Positions 17,935-28,086 are shown, numbered from the stretch's first letter. The stretch is 32,000 bases of DNA from Wolbachia endosymbiont strain TRS of Brugia malayi (GCF_000008385.1 NC_006833.1:1-32000); one strand, 5' to 3'. A program made the numbers and translations. The notes: generated from the letters alone by a model not told the origin.

Positions 17935-19737
17935 TCATTCAACAACCTTTAAAGACAACTCACGTAAGTGCTTATTATCCACCTTAGAAGGGGCATCCAT
18001 TAGAACATCTTCACCCTGCTGATTCATGGGAAAACAGGTTATCTCACGAATGTTTGGTGCATCGGCAAGCAACATAACTATTCTGTCAATTCCTGGTGCT
18101 ATTCCACCATGAGGTGGTACTCCAAATCTAAATGCACGCACAAGTGCACCAAATTTCTTATTGACTTCTTCTTTATTATAGCCTGCAGTGGCAAAAGCCT
18201 TATACATGATATCCAGTTTGTTATTGCGAATTGCCCCGCTTGATAATTCTATTCCATTGCAAACAAGGTCATATTGGTAAGCAAGGATATCCAGTGGATT
18301 TTTTTCCTCTAGATCTTTCAAACCACCATGTGGCATGGAAAATGGGTTATGAAAGAAATCGATTTTTTTACTTTTATCGTCATACACGAAGTATGGAAAA
18401 TCAACAACCCAACAGAACTTGAAGATATTGTTATCTATGAGGCCTAGTTCTGACCCTAAGAGAGTGCGTACTTTTCCTGCAATTGTTGCTGCTTCATTTT
18501 CTTTGTCAGAAGCAAAAAACACGCTGTCTCCAGGCTTTATGTTCGTTGCTTCTCTTATGTGATTTAGCCTATTGTCATCAAGAAATTTAGCAATCGGTCC
18601 TTTTGCAGTACCATCTTTATTAAATGTTATATATCCAAGACCTTTAGCACCAAATTCTTTTTGTGTGTGTTCTATCTTTTTATCAAAAAAACTACGAGGT
18701 TCCTCTGCTGTTTTAGGAGCAGGGATGGCTCTCACTACCATACCACGTTCGATGTTGCTCTTAAAAATATTGAATTCTGAGTCACGAAAGATTTCTGTAA
18801 CATCGCTAATTAATAGTGGATTACGTAAATCTGGCTTGTCAGAGCCGTATTTAAGCATTGCCTCTTTGTAGGTAATACGTGAAAAACCTTTATCGACAGA
18901 CTTGCGAGAAAATTTGGCAAACACTTTGTATAAGGTAGATTCAATAACTTGAAATACGTCCTCTTGAGTTACAAAAGACATTTCAAGATCTAGCTGGTAA
19001 AACTCTCCTGGGGAACGGTCAGCCCTTGCATCTTCATCGCGAAAACATGGTGCAATTTGAAAGTATTTATCAAACCCTGAGATCATTAATAACTGCTTAA
19101 AAATTTGCGGAGCTTGTGGCAATGCATAAAACTTACCAGGATTTAACCTACTTGGCACTAAATAGTCACGTGCTCCTTCAGGAGACGAAGCAGTAAGTAT
19201 TGGAGTTTGAATTTCCAAAAATCCTTGCTCTATCATGAATTTGCGAAGCTCTGCAATGATTTGTGAGCGCAGAACGATATTGTTGCGGACTTTTTCACGC
19301 CTTAAGTCAAGAAACCGATATTTAAATCTCATATTTTCTGGGTATTCCTGATCATCTGCAATGCTTGCTAATATACTCCTTTCTTCTTTTGCTGTTTCTT
19401 CATTGTGATGAAACTCAACTTCTGACTCGATTTGTAAGTTGTTGACTGTAACTTCAATTTCTCCTGTCGAAATAGAAATGTTTATCGTATCTTCAGTTCT
19501 AGCTTTGACTATTCCTGTAACAGTAATTACGCTCTCCGGTTTTAGATCTGATATCTTACAAAAAAAATCTTTGTCGTTATTGAATACCAGCTGAGTAATT
19601 CCATAAAAGTCTCTTAAGTCAACAAAAATTAGGTTCCCATGGTCGCGTTTGCGGTACATCCATCCAGAAAGGGTAACTTCCTTTTCTACATCGTTCTTCC
19701 TTAATTCGTTGCACGTGTGGGTTTTATAATAGTTCAT
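17935..19737 (-). CDS. aspS: aspartate--tRNA ligase
   Basis: Class IIb aaRS. N-terminal OB fold ([23 protein letters not shown]), motif 2 region [20 protein letters not shown] and motif 3 [12 protein letters not shown]. The track ORF starts at 19761, but [13 protein letters not shown] (ATG at 19737) matches the usual N-terminus. Confidence 0.95.
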   Translation of the reverse strand: MNYYKTHTCNELRKNDVEKEVTLSGWMYRKRDHGNLIFVDLRDFYGITQLVFNNDKDFFCKISDLKPESVITVTGIVKARTEDTINISISTGEIEVTVNNLQIESEVEFHHNEETAKEERSILASIADDQEYPENMRFKYRFLDLRREKVRNNIVLRSQIIAELRKFMIEQGFLEIQTPILTASSPEGARDYLVPSRLNPGKFYALPQAPQIFKQLLMISGFDKYFQIAPCFRDEDARADRSPGEFYQLDLEMSFVTQEDVFQVIESTLYKVFAKFSRKSVDKGFSRITYKEAMLKYGSDKPDLRNPLLISDVTEIFRDSEFNIFKSNIERGMVVRAIPAPKTAEEPRSFFDKKIEHTQKEFGAKGLGYITFNKDGTAKGPIAKFLDDNRLNHIREATNIKPGDSVFFASDKENEAATIAGKVRTLLGSELGLIDNNIFKFCWVVDFPYFVYDDKSKKIDFFHNPFSMPHGGLKDLEEKNPLDILAYQYDLVCNGIELSSGAIRNNKLDIMYKAFATAGYNKEEVNKKFGALVRAFRFGVPPHGGIAPGIDRIVMLLADAPNIREITCFPMNQQGEDVLMDAPSKVDNKHLRELSLKVVE

Positions 19738-19935
19738 ATCAGTGCGTCCTCCACTACGCAATTCTTAGAAGTATAAAAATAAACCTTATTGTATACAAGT
19801 CCATTCGTCGTATATTTAGGCGATTTGCGAGGTAGAGAAATACTGCTTTGTGCTGTCTTTGCTCACACAGAAGTTTGCAGAATTTCTATAATTGTGATAT
19901 AATAATAAGGGTATTTTAAAATTTAAACACGGAGA

Positions 19936-20367
19936 ATGCTATTTGTACAGATCATAATATATAGCATAACATTGCTTGCTGTAGCTGCGGTGTTTTTCTT
20001 TTTTAGAAAAATGTACAGGGATCGAATTAGAAAGATCATGTTTCCTAAGAAAGTTCTTGGAGAAGAATGGGAAGAAGGCAGGAAATTCAATAAATTATAT
20101 CAAAAAGATAAGCAGAGAAAGCTAATAAAACGTCAGGGAATACTACGTGAGAGTCAAAATGGTATACAGGTTTACAAAGAGGATCCAGAAATAGTTGAAA
20201 TTGCAAAGCCAATAGGTAAATGGACACAAATGGTTATGCAAGATGGTGGATTGATGCAGCGTTTGGCACAATTAATGAAAAGAGAAAGTGGTAGGAAAGG
20301 GTTTTGGGAGCTATTTGTAGAGGCTCAAGCTTCAACTCATGGTAAACATAAAGGGAAAGGCAGATAA
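19936..20367 (+). CDS. hypothetical membrane-anchored basic protein
   Basis: 143 aa. ggaga lies 5 nt upstream of the ATG. One N-terminal TM segment (IIIYSITLLAVAAVFFFF) precedes a Lys/Arg-rich soluble part. The stop lies 3 nt before the ccmA ATG, so the two are probably co-transcribed. No family recognised. Confidence 0.6.
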   Translation: MLFVQIIIYSITLLAVAAVFFFFRKMYRDRIRKIMFPKKVLGEEWEEGRKFNKLYQKDKQRKLIKRQGILRESQNGIQVYKEDPEIVEIAKPIGKWTQMVMQDGGLMQRLAQLMKRESGRKGFWELFVEAQASTHGKHKGKGR

Positions 20368-20370
20368 TTC

Positions 20371-20991
20371 ATGCTCGAATGTGAAAATTTATCCTGTATT
20401 CATAATGACAAAGTGTTATTTAAAAATCTTAGTTTTAAAGCTAAGCCAAAGTCAAAGGTCTTAATTACCGGTCCAAATGGTAGTGGTAAAACCAGCTTAA
20501 TTAGAAGTTTATCTGGACTATTGCCACCGGCATCAGGCAATATAAGATATTGCAAAAAAGATATATATGATGACCTAAAATCCTATATACCTTCTATGGT
20601 CTATATAGGGCATAAAAACGCCTGTAAGGATAGCTTAACTGTTGCTCAAAACATAGAATTCTGGGCAGGAATACGAAATACTAAGGAATTGATTATAGCT
20701 GCTATTTGTTGTTTGCAGTTACAGCCTGTATTTAATATTAAATATGGTGAACTTTCTGCAGGTTGGAAAAGGAGGGTTGCACTTGCTCGCCTCTTGGTTT
20801 CTGATGCAAGTGTTTGGCTAGTAGATGAACCATTTTGTAATCTTGATAGTGCAACGTGTGAATTAGTGCTAAATTTAATTTCAGTACGCTCTGAGCAAAA
20901 TGGTATAGTAATTATTACAGGACACAGCTCTACAGAGCAATTGTGTAGTTTTACAACAATCGACGTGTGTAATTTCAATAGTTATAGCTGA
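20371..20991 (+). CDS. ccmA: cytochrome c biogenesis (heme exporter) ATP-binding protein CcmA
   Basis: 206 aa. Walker A GPNGSGKTS, CcmA-type signature LSAGWKRRVALARL and Walker B VWLVDEP. Size is typical of CcmA. Confidence 0.85.
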   Translation: MLECENLSCIHNDKVLFKNLSFKAKPKSKVLITGPNGSGKTSLIRSLSGLLPPASGNIRYCKKDIYDDLKSYIPSMVYIGHKNACKDSLTVAQNIEFWAGIRNTKELIIAAICCLQLQPVFNIKYGELSAGWKRRVALARLLVSDASVWLVDEPFCNLDSATCELVLNLISVRSEQNGIVIITGHSSTEQLCSFTTIDVCNFNSYS

Positions 20992-21174
20992 CATCCTCTC
21001 GCCATGTATATCAAGTTAATGATAACTACTCAAAGTTGTAAGTTAAAAATAAAATTGAATATTTGTGAGAAATAATTTATTATTGTTAATACTTTTTTAG
21101 TTAATTTGTTATAGCTTTTTCTAAATTCCTCGATTCAAAATGAGCATGATTTGAAAAATTTTTATTCTACATTT

Positions 21175-21375
21175 GTTAAATTGCCAAAATTTCCCAAAAC
21201 GAAGGAAGACCAACTAGAAAGTATAGTCGAAAAGTGGGTCTACTTTTCGATTATGCAGAGGAAACCAGTAAAATGGAGTTGGAAAGAATAATAGGAAGTG
21301 ATATAATAATCAAGAAAGTATATGAAGAACTAAATAAATTCAATTAGTCAGAAAAAGAATTCATATTAAAGCAGT
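21175..21375 (+). pseudogene. C-terminal fragment of an Rpn/YhgA-like PD-(D/E)XK nuclease (putative transposase family, TIGR01784-type)
   Basis: Reading gives VKLPKFPKTKEDQLESIVEKWVYF, a frameshift, then DYAEETSKMELERIIGSDIIIKKVYEELNKFN*SEKEF. This matches the family's C-terminal LPKF.K...L....KW.YF...AE....E.......I.KAYEEL..F.WSEEE block. Only about 65 of about 300 codons remain. Confidence 0.5.
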
Positions 21376-21395
21376 GTATCAATTGATATTATATC

Positions 21396-22517
21396 TCAGA
21401 CTACAGGCCTTTCTATAGATGAAATTGAAAGTTTTAGTTTTAAGTCCTTCATAGACGCTACAGAACTGAGTAGTAACCCTATACATATTGAGCTTGCAGC
21501 GGTTGTACTTCCTCCATAAGATAAGAATGGCAATGGATCTCCTATTACAGGTAAAAGGCCTATTGTCATTCCGATATTTATAAAGAAGTGAACACCGAAA
21601 AAAGCAAAAATTCCAATAGATACTAACTTAGAAAAATAGTTTTTTGACCTGTAAGCAATAGAGAATATTATAGCAAGTAATGTTGTATAGAGTACAATCA
21701 AAGTCATGCTACCTAAAAATCCCCATTCCTCGCTAAGCACTGCAAAAGCAAAATCTGTATGCTTTTCTGGCAAAAATCCAAGTTGAGTTTGACTGCCGCT
21801 AACAAAACTCTTACCAAATAGACCCCCTGAACCAATGGCTATTTGAGATTGCTGTGCATTATAACCTATTCCAAGCGGATCCACCGATGAATCCAGAAAT
21901 GATAATATCCTTTGCTTGTGGTAAGAACGTAAAGAAGGCCAAATAGCTGGTATTACAAGAATGCTAATTATTCCATAAATTATTAAATGAGCTCTTTTTA
22001 TTATTGCTGTGAATATAATTGATGCCCCTATGAATAACATTATCACAGCTGTGCCTAAGTTAGGTTGCTTTAATACCAAGAATACGGGTAAGAAAATAAA
22101 TATCAGTGCTTTAAGCAGCCTTTGGAATTCCATCATTTTATACACACTTTGCTTATTAAAATAACGAGCAAGAGCAAGTATTAAACCAACTTTTGCAAAT
22201 TCTGATGGTTGCAAACTAATTGGTCCAATTCTTATCCACCTTGTCGCTCCCATTGTGTACAAGCCAAAAAAGTTTACTACTAGCAGCGAAATCACTGCTG
22301 CTATATAAAAAAAATAAGCATGCTTCAAATAGAAATCTAGCTCTATGAATGACATAGCTATAGCTAGTAAAAAGAAGAAGGAAAATATGACTAACTGGTG
22401 AATTGCAAATGGTGCCCACTTTCCTCCAGCAGAAGAATATTGAACAACTATACCAATGCAAAACAGAGCTATTACATTAGTGACTAATAACCAGTGAATT
22501 TTCTTTAGTCTATCCAC
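21396..22517 (-). CDS. rodA: SEDS-family peptidoglycan polymerase, RodA-type
   Basis: 373 aa with ~10 TM segments. DPLGIGYNAQQSQIAIGSGGLFGKSF..GFLPEKHTDFAFAVLSEEWGFLGS and PLPFLSYGGS match RodA/FtsW. The DPLG.GY..QS.IAIGSGG block and the length favour RodA over FtsW. Confidence 0.82.
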   Translation of the reverse strand: MDRLKKIHWLLVTNVIALFCIGIVVQYSSAGGKWAPFAIHQLVIFSFFFLLAIAMSFIELDFYLKHAYFFYIAAVISLLVVNFFGLYTMGATRWIRIGPISLQPSEFAKVGLILALARYFNKQSVYKMMEFQRLLKALIFIFLPVFLVLKQPNLGTAVIMLFIGASIIFTAIIKRAHLIIYGIISILVIPAIWPSLRSYHKQRILSFLDSSVDPLGIGYNAQQSQIAIGSGGLFGKSFVSGSQTQLGFLPEKHTDFAFAVLSEEWGFLGSMTLIVLYTTLLAIIFSIAYRSKNYFSKLVSIGIFAFFGVHFFINIGMTIGLLPVIGDPLPFLSYGGSTTAASSICIGLLLSSVASMKDLKLKLSISSIERPVV

Positions 22518-22568
22518 AACAAAAATCTTATGACCTTGAAGTATAGTAAAATATGAAAAAAATGAAGA

Positions 22569-24032
22569 TTAAAAAACCAGCTTTTCAACTACTAGCCGAA
22601 TTGGATTACTATATACTCCAACTACTAACGTTAAAGTTGCCATAAATAGTGGACAGAAAAGCATAGGAAATGGTACATCGGTTTTGCCCGATGTCATTTC
22701 AACGCATGATACTGCATCACTTTCAAAATACATTTTCTCAACTGCCTTCCACATGTATATCAATGCAAGGAAAGAACCGACAACAAAAACTATAAGAGAA
22801 ATCCGTGCATGAGATTCAATAATTACGTTTATTATATACCACTTGCTTATAAAACCATTTGTTAAAGGTACACCGACTAGTGCTAGGCTGAGTAGAGTAA
22901 ACGCAAAAGCTATATAAGGCATTGATTTCTTGAGCCCTGATAAATTCTCTATTTTTGTCGTGCCAAATTTATAAGAAATACATCCTGCAACCATAAATAA
23001 AGATGTTTTTATTATACTATGATTTATTATGTGGAGAATTGCTGCGGATAAAGCTATTTTTGAGTTTAGGCTCAGTACTAAGATTATATAACCAATTTGG
23101 CTAACACTAGAGTGAGCAAATAGTCTTCTTATATCTTTTGCAGTTATTGCAAAAATTGACCCAAATACGATAGCGCAAAGTGCAAGGATAATTATCACAT
23201 TGCTCAATGGCAATTTGAGCAAGAAGAAGTTTTGATGGAAGACAGTATAAAAGATTCTAATAAAAACATATATCATCACTTTGGTCACTGTACCTGAAAA
23301 GAATATGCTAACGAAACTTGGTGCCTCACTGTATGAGTTAACTAACCACCTGCTTAGTGGAAATAGTGCCATCTTGTTTGAGAGACCAACAAAAATAAAC
23401 AATGTACCAAGCTTTACGATGTTGTTATTATATAACGGCACTATTCTTTCAGCCATGTCAGACATATTGAGCGTTCCTGTCGTGGAATACAAAAGCCCGA
23501 TACCAAGTAAGTAAAATGTTGCACCTATTGTTCCGCTAATCAGATATTCAAATGCTGCAACCAGGGCTTTTTTATCCTTTCCCATTGAAACTAGCACGTA
23601 GGACGAAAGAGATGAAATTTCCAGAAAAACATAGAGATTAAATATGTCGTTTGTTACTAAAATCCCAAGTAGTCCGCTTAAGCACAATAGAAACAAGGAA
23701 TAAAGACCTGTGATTTTGTTTTTGCTAATCTCTTTTTCATTAATATAAAAGCTATAGAGTACACTTATCAGCGCTACAAAATTTACTAGAGTTAAAATTA
23801 AGGAATTTAACACGTCGATTCTTAACTCTATTCCGTATGGAGGAGCCCAATTTCCAAGGTGATAAGTTATAGTTTCGCCGTTGTATGTTTTTATGAGCAG
23901 CACCGATGAAATAAAAAGGGTGACTATTGTTGTAGTAAAAGAAATAAACCAAGACACTTTGTGTTTTCTAGTAAAAAAACAAAGCATCGATGCAATTATT
24001 GGTATAATAACTTGTAAAATTGGTAATTGCAT
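22569..24032 (-). CDS. proton-conducting membrane transporter family protein (MrpD/MnhD-like, NuoL/M/N superfamily)
   Basis: 487 aa with ~14 TM segments. Central conserved region (..EYLISGTIGATFYLLGIGLLY.., SRWLVNSYSEAPSFVS, HSSVSQIGYII) is typical of Proton_antipo_M proteins. Standalone, not in a nuo operon. Confidence 0.85.
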   Translation of the reverse strand: MQLPILQVIIPIIASMLCFFTRKHKVSWFISFTTTIVTLFISSVLLIKTYNGETITYHLGNWAPPYGIELRIDVLNSLILTLVNFVALISVLYSFYINEKEISKNKITGLYSLFLLCLSGLLGILVTNDIFNLYVFLEISSLSSYVLVSMGKDKKALVAAFEYLISGTIGATFYLLGIGLLYSTTGTLNMSDMAERIVPLYNNNIVKLGTLFIFVGLSNKMALFPLSRWLVNSYSEAPSFVSIFFSGTVTKVMIYVFIRIFYTVFHQNFFLLKLPLSNVIIILALCAIVFGSIFAITAKDIRRLFAHSSVSQIGYIILVLSLNSKIALSAAILHIINHSIIKTSLFMVAGCISYKFGTTKIENLSGLKKSMPYIAFAFTLLSLALVGVPLTNGFISKWYIINVIIESHARISLIVFVVGSFLALIYMWKAVEKMYFESDAVSCVEMTSGKTDVPFPMLFCPLFMATLTLVVGVYSNPIRLVVEKLVF

Positions 24033-24096
24033 TAAGTTGTTGTTAATAAGCTGTTAAAGTATTAGTATATATAATACTTTTTGTTTTAATACCCTT

Positions 24097-24411
24097 ATGT
24101 TATCTAAAACTTGTAATGCAATAAAGCGCCTGTTACAAAAGGAAAGTAGTTTTGTAGGGAAAGATGAAAATGGAAATTCTTACTATGAATCAAGTGAAGG
24201 AAAAAGGTGGGTTATGTATAGCAATGTCTCTGAACCCACGACGGTATCACCTGAATGGCATGTATGGCTTCACTACACTGATGATGCAATGCCAGTTAAT
24301 AGTAAAAAAAGAAAAATAAAGCGTATCCCCAATTTAACGGGTACAAAGGATGCATATTATCCAAACCAAAAAATAAAGAATTATTATGAAAGATGGAATC
24401 CTAATAACTGA
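24097..24411 (+). CDS. NDUFA12-like protein (NADH:ubiquinone oxidoreductase 17.2-kDa subunit family)
   Basis: 104 aa. GKDENGNSYYES..GKRWVMY.....EPTTVSPEWHVWLHYTDD matches the alpha-proteobacterial NDUFA12 family pattern. Confidence 0.8.
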   Translation: MLSKTCNAIKRLLQKESSFVGKDENGNSYYESSEGKRWVMYSNVSEPTTVSPEWHVWLHYTDDAMPVNSKKRKIKRIPNLTGTKDAYYPNQKIKNYYERWNPNN

Positions 24412-24413
24412 AG

Positions 24414-24869
24414 ATGCAAAGGTCAAACATACTTGAAATAACTGCCGGATTATTTGTATTGGTCTTTACTATTTTTCTGGCTTTCTTTGCTATAAATAAG
24501 CTGTCTGACATAAAAAAAAGCTATAAGGGTTGCTATAAAATATACGGCTTTTTTTCTAACGCCAACGGTATAGAAGTTGGTGACAGTGTCAAGATTTCTG
24601 GTGTAAATATTGGAAGTATAACTGGTATATCACTTGATAAGGCTACCTATGTGGCGCGGCTTGATATGTGCATAAGTAAAGACATAAAATTGCCAATTGA
24701 TAGCTCGGCTCTAATCACTAGCAGTGGAGTTGTTGGTAGTAAGTTTGTTAATATATCGCCTGGGTCAGGCATAAAACTAATTTCAAATGGTGGTAAGATA
24801 GAGTATACCCAATCTGAAGCAAATGTAGGTGGAATAATAGATAAAATCCTTAATATGTTTTCAAAATGA
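24414..24869 (+). CDS. mlaD: MlaD (MCE-domain outer-membrane lipid asymmetry protein)
   Basis: 151 aa. N-terminal anchor EITAGLFVLVFTIFLAFFAI, then an MCE domain (Y.IYGFFSNANGIEVGDSVKISGVNIGSITGISLD...Y.ARLDM...D.KLPIDSSALITSSGVVGSKFVNISPG) colinear with E. coli MlaD. Begins 2 nt after the preceding stop. Confidence 0.8.
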   Translation: MQRSNILEITAGLFVLVFTIFLAFFAINKLSDIKKSYKGCYKIYGFFSNANGIEVGDSVKISGVNIGSITGISLDKATYVARLDMCISKDIKLPIDSSALITSSGVVGSKFVNISPGSGIKLISNGGKIEYTQSEANVGGIIDKILNMFSK

Positions 24870-25028
24870 AAATGACTAACTAAAGTTAGTACACTTTGCA
24901 CATAGGTCTACTGAGGCCTATCTGCGTTGCTTTGGTTAAAAGTCTCTGGGTAACTGCTTGGTGTTGTTTAGCGTTTAGATTGTCAAGATTGCTGTCCAAT
25001 ACGTTGTTCCCATAACAGTTGACTTCCT

Positions 25029-25578
25029 TTAAGAGTGGTGTAAAGCCCTTAATCTATCACCACCCGGCAGTGGTGATAAGCCAAATGCTTCCCTTTTTTC
25101 GTTGAGCATCATGAAGCTTGCGTTTTCTACGTGTTTCCACAACTTTTGTCTTTTTTCTATGAGATCTCTATTACATCTTTGTCGTATGATAAGCGTAAAT
25201 CCTCGCAAAATTTCAGTATTAGCCAAGAATTTAGGTGATAGACAATATTCTCTTGTGTCGGTAAAACTGTCTATTCCCAGAAGAATAGGCGGCTTCAATC
25301 AAATTGCTGTAAGTGTTATCATCTGGTATACTAAGCAGCTATGGTGGAACACCAAAAGCCAAAGCAACATCGCAAGCTGAGCTGTGTTTGGATTCAATAA
25401 ATCCATATCCCTAGGTGTCAGACTCATCTCCTTCTATTTTTCAAGCCTCCTTCGAGCAATATTGATCTTCCAGCGTTTATGGAACCTGAATAATGATAGT
25501 TTATCTGTTCTTTCAGGTGTTGATACTGCTCTTGACTTAAATTTCTACTATGTGTTTTTCTTCTTTGAAAAATATTAA
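25029..25578 (-). pseudogene. C-terminal remnant of an HK97/GTA-type phage portal protein
   Basis: Minus-strand three-frame reading gives ..QEQYQHLKEQINYHYSGSINAGRSILLEGGLK / ..ACDVALAFGVPP*LLSIPDDNTYSNLIEAA / the 89-aa track ORF ending DLIEKRQKLWKHVENASFMMLNEKREAFGLSPLPGGDRL. The blocks G..NAG..LLLEGG, ALAFGVPP.LLG...D.TY.N..EA and LT.NEKR.A.G....GGD occur in portal order. Confidence 0.65.
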
Positions 25579-25674
25579 GACTTATGTTTTCCTCCTATTT
25601 GTTAAAAAAAATTGAATTTATTGAGAATTTGAAATTGCGGTGGAGTCAATGTAAGGTATTTAGTGTGAAGATAT

Positions 25675-25776
25675 CATTCCAACGCATGACACTGGAATCC
25701 AGCCTATGAACATTATTTTGCTATTGCATAGTTCACAAACACTTTAATCCTAAATCCAATGCCAGTGTACTGGAAC
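25675..25776. repeat. two hairpin-repeat family members downstream of pnp
   Basis: tcattccaacgcatgacactggaatccagc (25675-25703) and aatccaatgccagtgtactggaac (25753-25776). Confidence 0.5.
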
Positions 25777-25804
25777 AATAGGAAACAGTGCAAAAAGTCT
25801 ACTC

Positions 25805-28072
25805 TTAATAAAAACTTGATGATGAGTCATCATTACCAAATTTTGGTCTATTATTCCTATTACTGAAGCTAGAACGAGAATGAACAGGCCTCTTGCGGTG
25901 CCCAGATTTTCTATTAAATGGACTATTATAATAATCCCTGTCGTTTGAACTATCTTTCTTTTCTTCGTTATAAAGCTCGCCTTCAAAAAAATCACCTGTT
26001 TCTTGATCAACGCGGCGTCTTGACAGTTTTGGGCACCCACCTTTTTCAAAATCAATCACCAATGCTTTAAAAGTGTCACCCTGTTTAAGTATGCTCTCAA
26101 TAGATTCTATGTGCTGATTGGCTACTTCACTTATGTGCATTTTTCCTTTTCTTCCATTGAAAAGCTCAAGTTCTACAATAGACTTATCTATTTTTACAAC
26201 CTTAACATCAACTATAGCACCTTGCTCTAATTCTGTGATTGAGTCGATCATCATATTTTTTGCAATTTCAGCTTCAGCACTACTCATGGCAAATACAGAA
26301 ACTTTACCATCATCTCCTATTTCAATTTTTGCATTACTTCTTTCACATACACTGCGTATATTTTTCCCTTTAGCACCAATAGCTGCAGAAATTTTATCTT
26401 TATCTATGTAAAATGATACCATTCTTGGCGCGTGACCCTTCACGTCATCACTATGTTCTGAAATCACTGAATTCATTTTTTCTAAGATATGTAATCTTCC
26501 AGCTTTTGCTTGTTCTAAAGATTTTTCAACAATTTCGAAACTTATACCGGAAATTTTCATGTCCATTTGTAGTGCCGTGATTCCTTCACTGGTTCCTGCT
26601 ACTTTAAAATCCATGTCACCAAGATAATCTTCATCACCTAATATGTCGGAAAGTATTACATAATCGTTTTTATCTTTAATGAGGCCCATAGCAATTCCAG
26701 CGACAGGAGACTTTATTGGTACGCCTGTATCCATTAACGCGAGGGAAGTTCCACAAACTGTTGCCATAGAAGAAGAGCCGTCTGATTCCATGATTTCAGA
26801 TACTACTCTTATTGTATAAGGAAATTCAGATTTATCAGGTAAAACAGGATGAATTGCTTTCCAAGCAAGTTTACCATGACCAATTTCTCTTCTTCCTGGT
26901 GCGCGTATGGCAGAAGCATCTCCAACGGCAAATGAAGGAAAATTATAATGTAACATAAAATGTTCACGTCTATCCCCTTCAATGTCATCTACAATTTGCT
27001 CATCTTGTGTAGTACCAAGAGCAGTAACAACCAATGCCTGAGTACTACCTCTCGTAAATAGTGCAGACCCATGAGTTCTAGATAGAATATCAACTTCAAC
27101 TTCTATTTGACGTATTTCATCATACTTACGACCATCTATCCTTGTACCTTTCTCTCTAATTATTTTACGCAGTAAAGACCTTTCAAAGTTTTTTACCGCT
27201 TGTGTAATTAATTTCTCATCTTTTCCAGCTTCCTTGAGAGGATTCAATATATTATTTCTGATCGTTTCTAAAGTTTGAGCTCGCTCTTGTTTTACTGTTT
27301 GTGAATATGCTTCTTCAAAATCTTTACTGTGCTTTTCAAGATCTTGCATTATGTCTGATATGTCGATAGGAGCGAAACTATCGAATTTATTGCCAATTGT
27401 GTCAGCAAACTCTTTTATGAGCTTAATAACAGGTTGAAGGTGTTCATGGCCAAATTTTATTGCGTTCAAAATATTTTCTTCAGGGAGCTCTTTCGCCTCT
27501 GATTCAACCATCAAAATTGAACGCTCATCACCAGATAAAAACAGATCTAAACTGCTGACTTTCATCTCTTGAACAGAAGGGTTGAGTATATAGTTATTAT
27601 TTCCATCACATCCAACTAAAACTCCAGCTATAATAAAGTGAAAAGGAACACCGGAGATTGCGAGAGCTGCAACAGCACCAATCAATGCTGGCACTTCAGG
27701 AGGGTTAACTGTATCATAAGTTAATAAATTGCACACTATACTGATTTCATCATGGAAACCTTCTAAAAATAGTGGTCTTATACTTCTATCTATTACTCTT
27801 GAAATCAAGGTTTCTCTATCAGATGGCTTGCCTTCTCTTTTGAAAAAGCCACCAGGAATCCTACCCATAGCATAGCTTTTTGCGATAAATTGCACATTTA
27901 AAGGCAAGAAATCAACGATTTCTTCCTTCTTTTTACGTACAACAGTTACTAAAATAGAAGTGTCACCATAATTTACAACAACTGAGCCATCAGCTTGACG
28001 TGCTATTTTTCCTGTTTCTAAAGATAAGGTACGACCACCCCATTCTATAGATTTCTTTATAATTTCAAACAT
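25805..28072 (-). CDS. pnp: polyribonucleotide nucleotidyltransferase (PNPase)
   Basis: 755 aa. Two RNase PH domains (..FMLHYNFPSFAVGD.., GRREIGHGKLAWKA), KH (ISAAIGAKGKNIRSV) and S1 (GAIVDVKVVKIDKSIVELEL..GKMHISEV). Also has a ~67-aa basic Ser/Asn-rich C-terminal tail. Confidence 0.96.
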   Translation of the reverse strand: MFEIIKKSIEWGGRTLSLETGKIARQADGSVVVNYGDTSILVTVVRKKKEEIVDFLPLNVQFIAKSYAMGRIPGGFFKREGKPSDRETLISRVIDRSIRPLFLEGFHDEISIVCNLLTYDTVNPPEVPALIGAVAALAISGVPFHFIIAGVLVGCDGNNNYILNPSVQEMKVSSLDLFLSGDERSILMVESEAKELPEENILNAIKFGHEHLQPVIKLIKEFADTIGNKFDSFAPIDISDIMQDLEKHSKDFEEAYSQTVKQERAQTLETIRNNILNPLKEAGKDEKLITQAVKNFERSLLRKIIREKGTRIDGRKYDEIRQIEVEVDILSRTHGSALFTRGSTQALVVTALGTTQDEQIVDDIEGDRREHFMLHYNFPSFAVGDASAIRAPGRREIGHGKLAWKAIHPVLPDKSEFPYTIRVVSEIMESDGSSSMATVCGTSLALMDTGVPIKSPVAGIAMGLIKDKNDYVILSDILGDEDYLGDMDFKVAGTSEGITALQMDMKISGISFEIVEKSLEQAKAGRLHILEKMNSVISEHSDDVKGHAPRMVSFYIDKDKISAAIGAKGKNIRSVCERSNAKIEIGDDGKVSVFAMSSAEAEIAKNMMIDSITELEQGAIVDVKVVKIDKSIVELELFNGRKGKMHISEVANQHIESIESILKQGDTFKALVIDFEKGGCPKLSRRRVDQETGDFFEGELYNEEKKDSSNDRDYYNSPFNRKSGHRKRPVHSRSSFSNRNNRPKFGNDDSSSSFY

Positions 28073-28086
28073 ACAAAATTCCTCGA

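Noticed and set aside
19738-19761. Upstream ATG giving aspS an MRSGGRTD N-terminal extension.
   Set aside because: AspRS homologues begin near M..Y.THTCGELR. The internal ATG at 19737 fits and the 8 extra codons have no support.
24870-25028. A possible continuation of the phage remnant (a prohead protease gene downstream of the portal).
   Set aside because: Hand translation of all minus-strand frames gave nothing resembling an HK97-type protease N-terminus.
25750-26055. 101-aa minus-strand ORF overlapping the 3' end of pnp.
   Set aside because: It is an alternative frame of the pnp tail region extending into hairpin repeats. It has no independent support.
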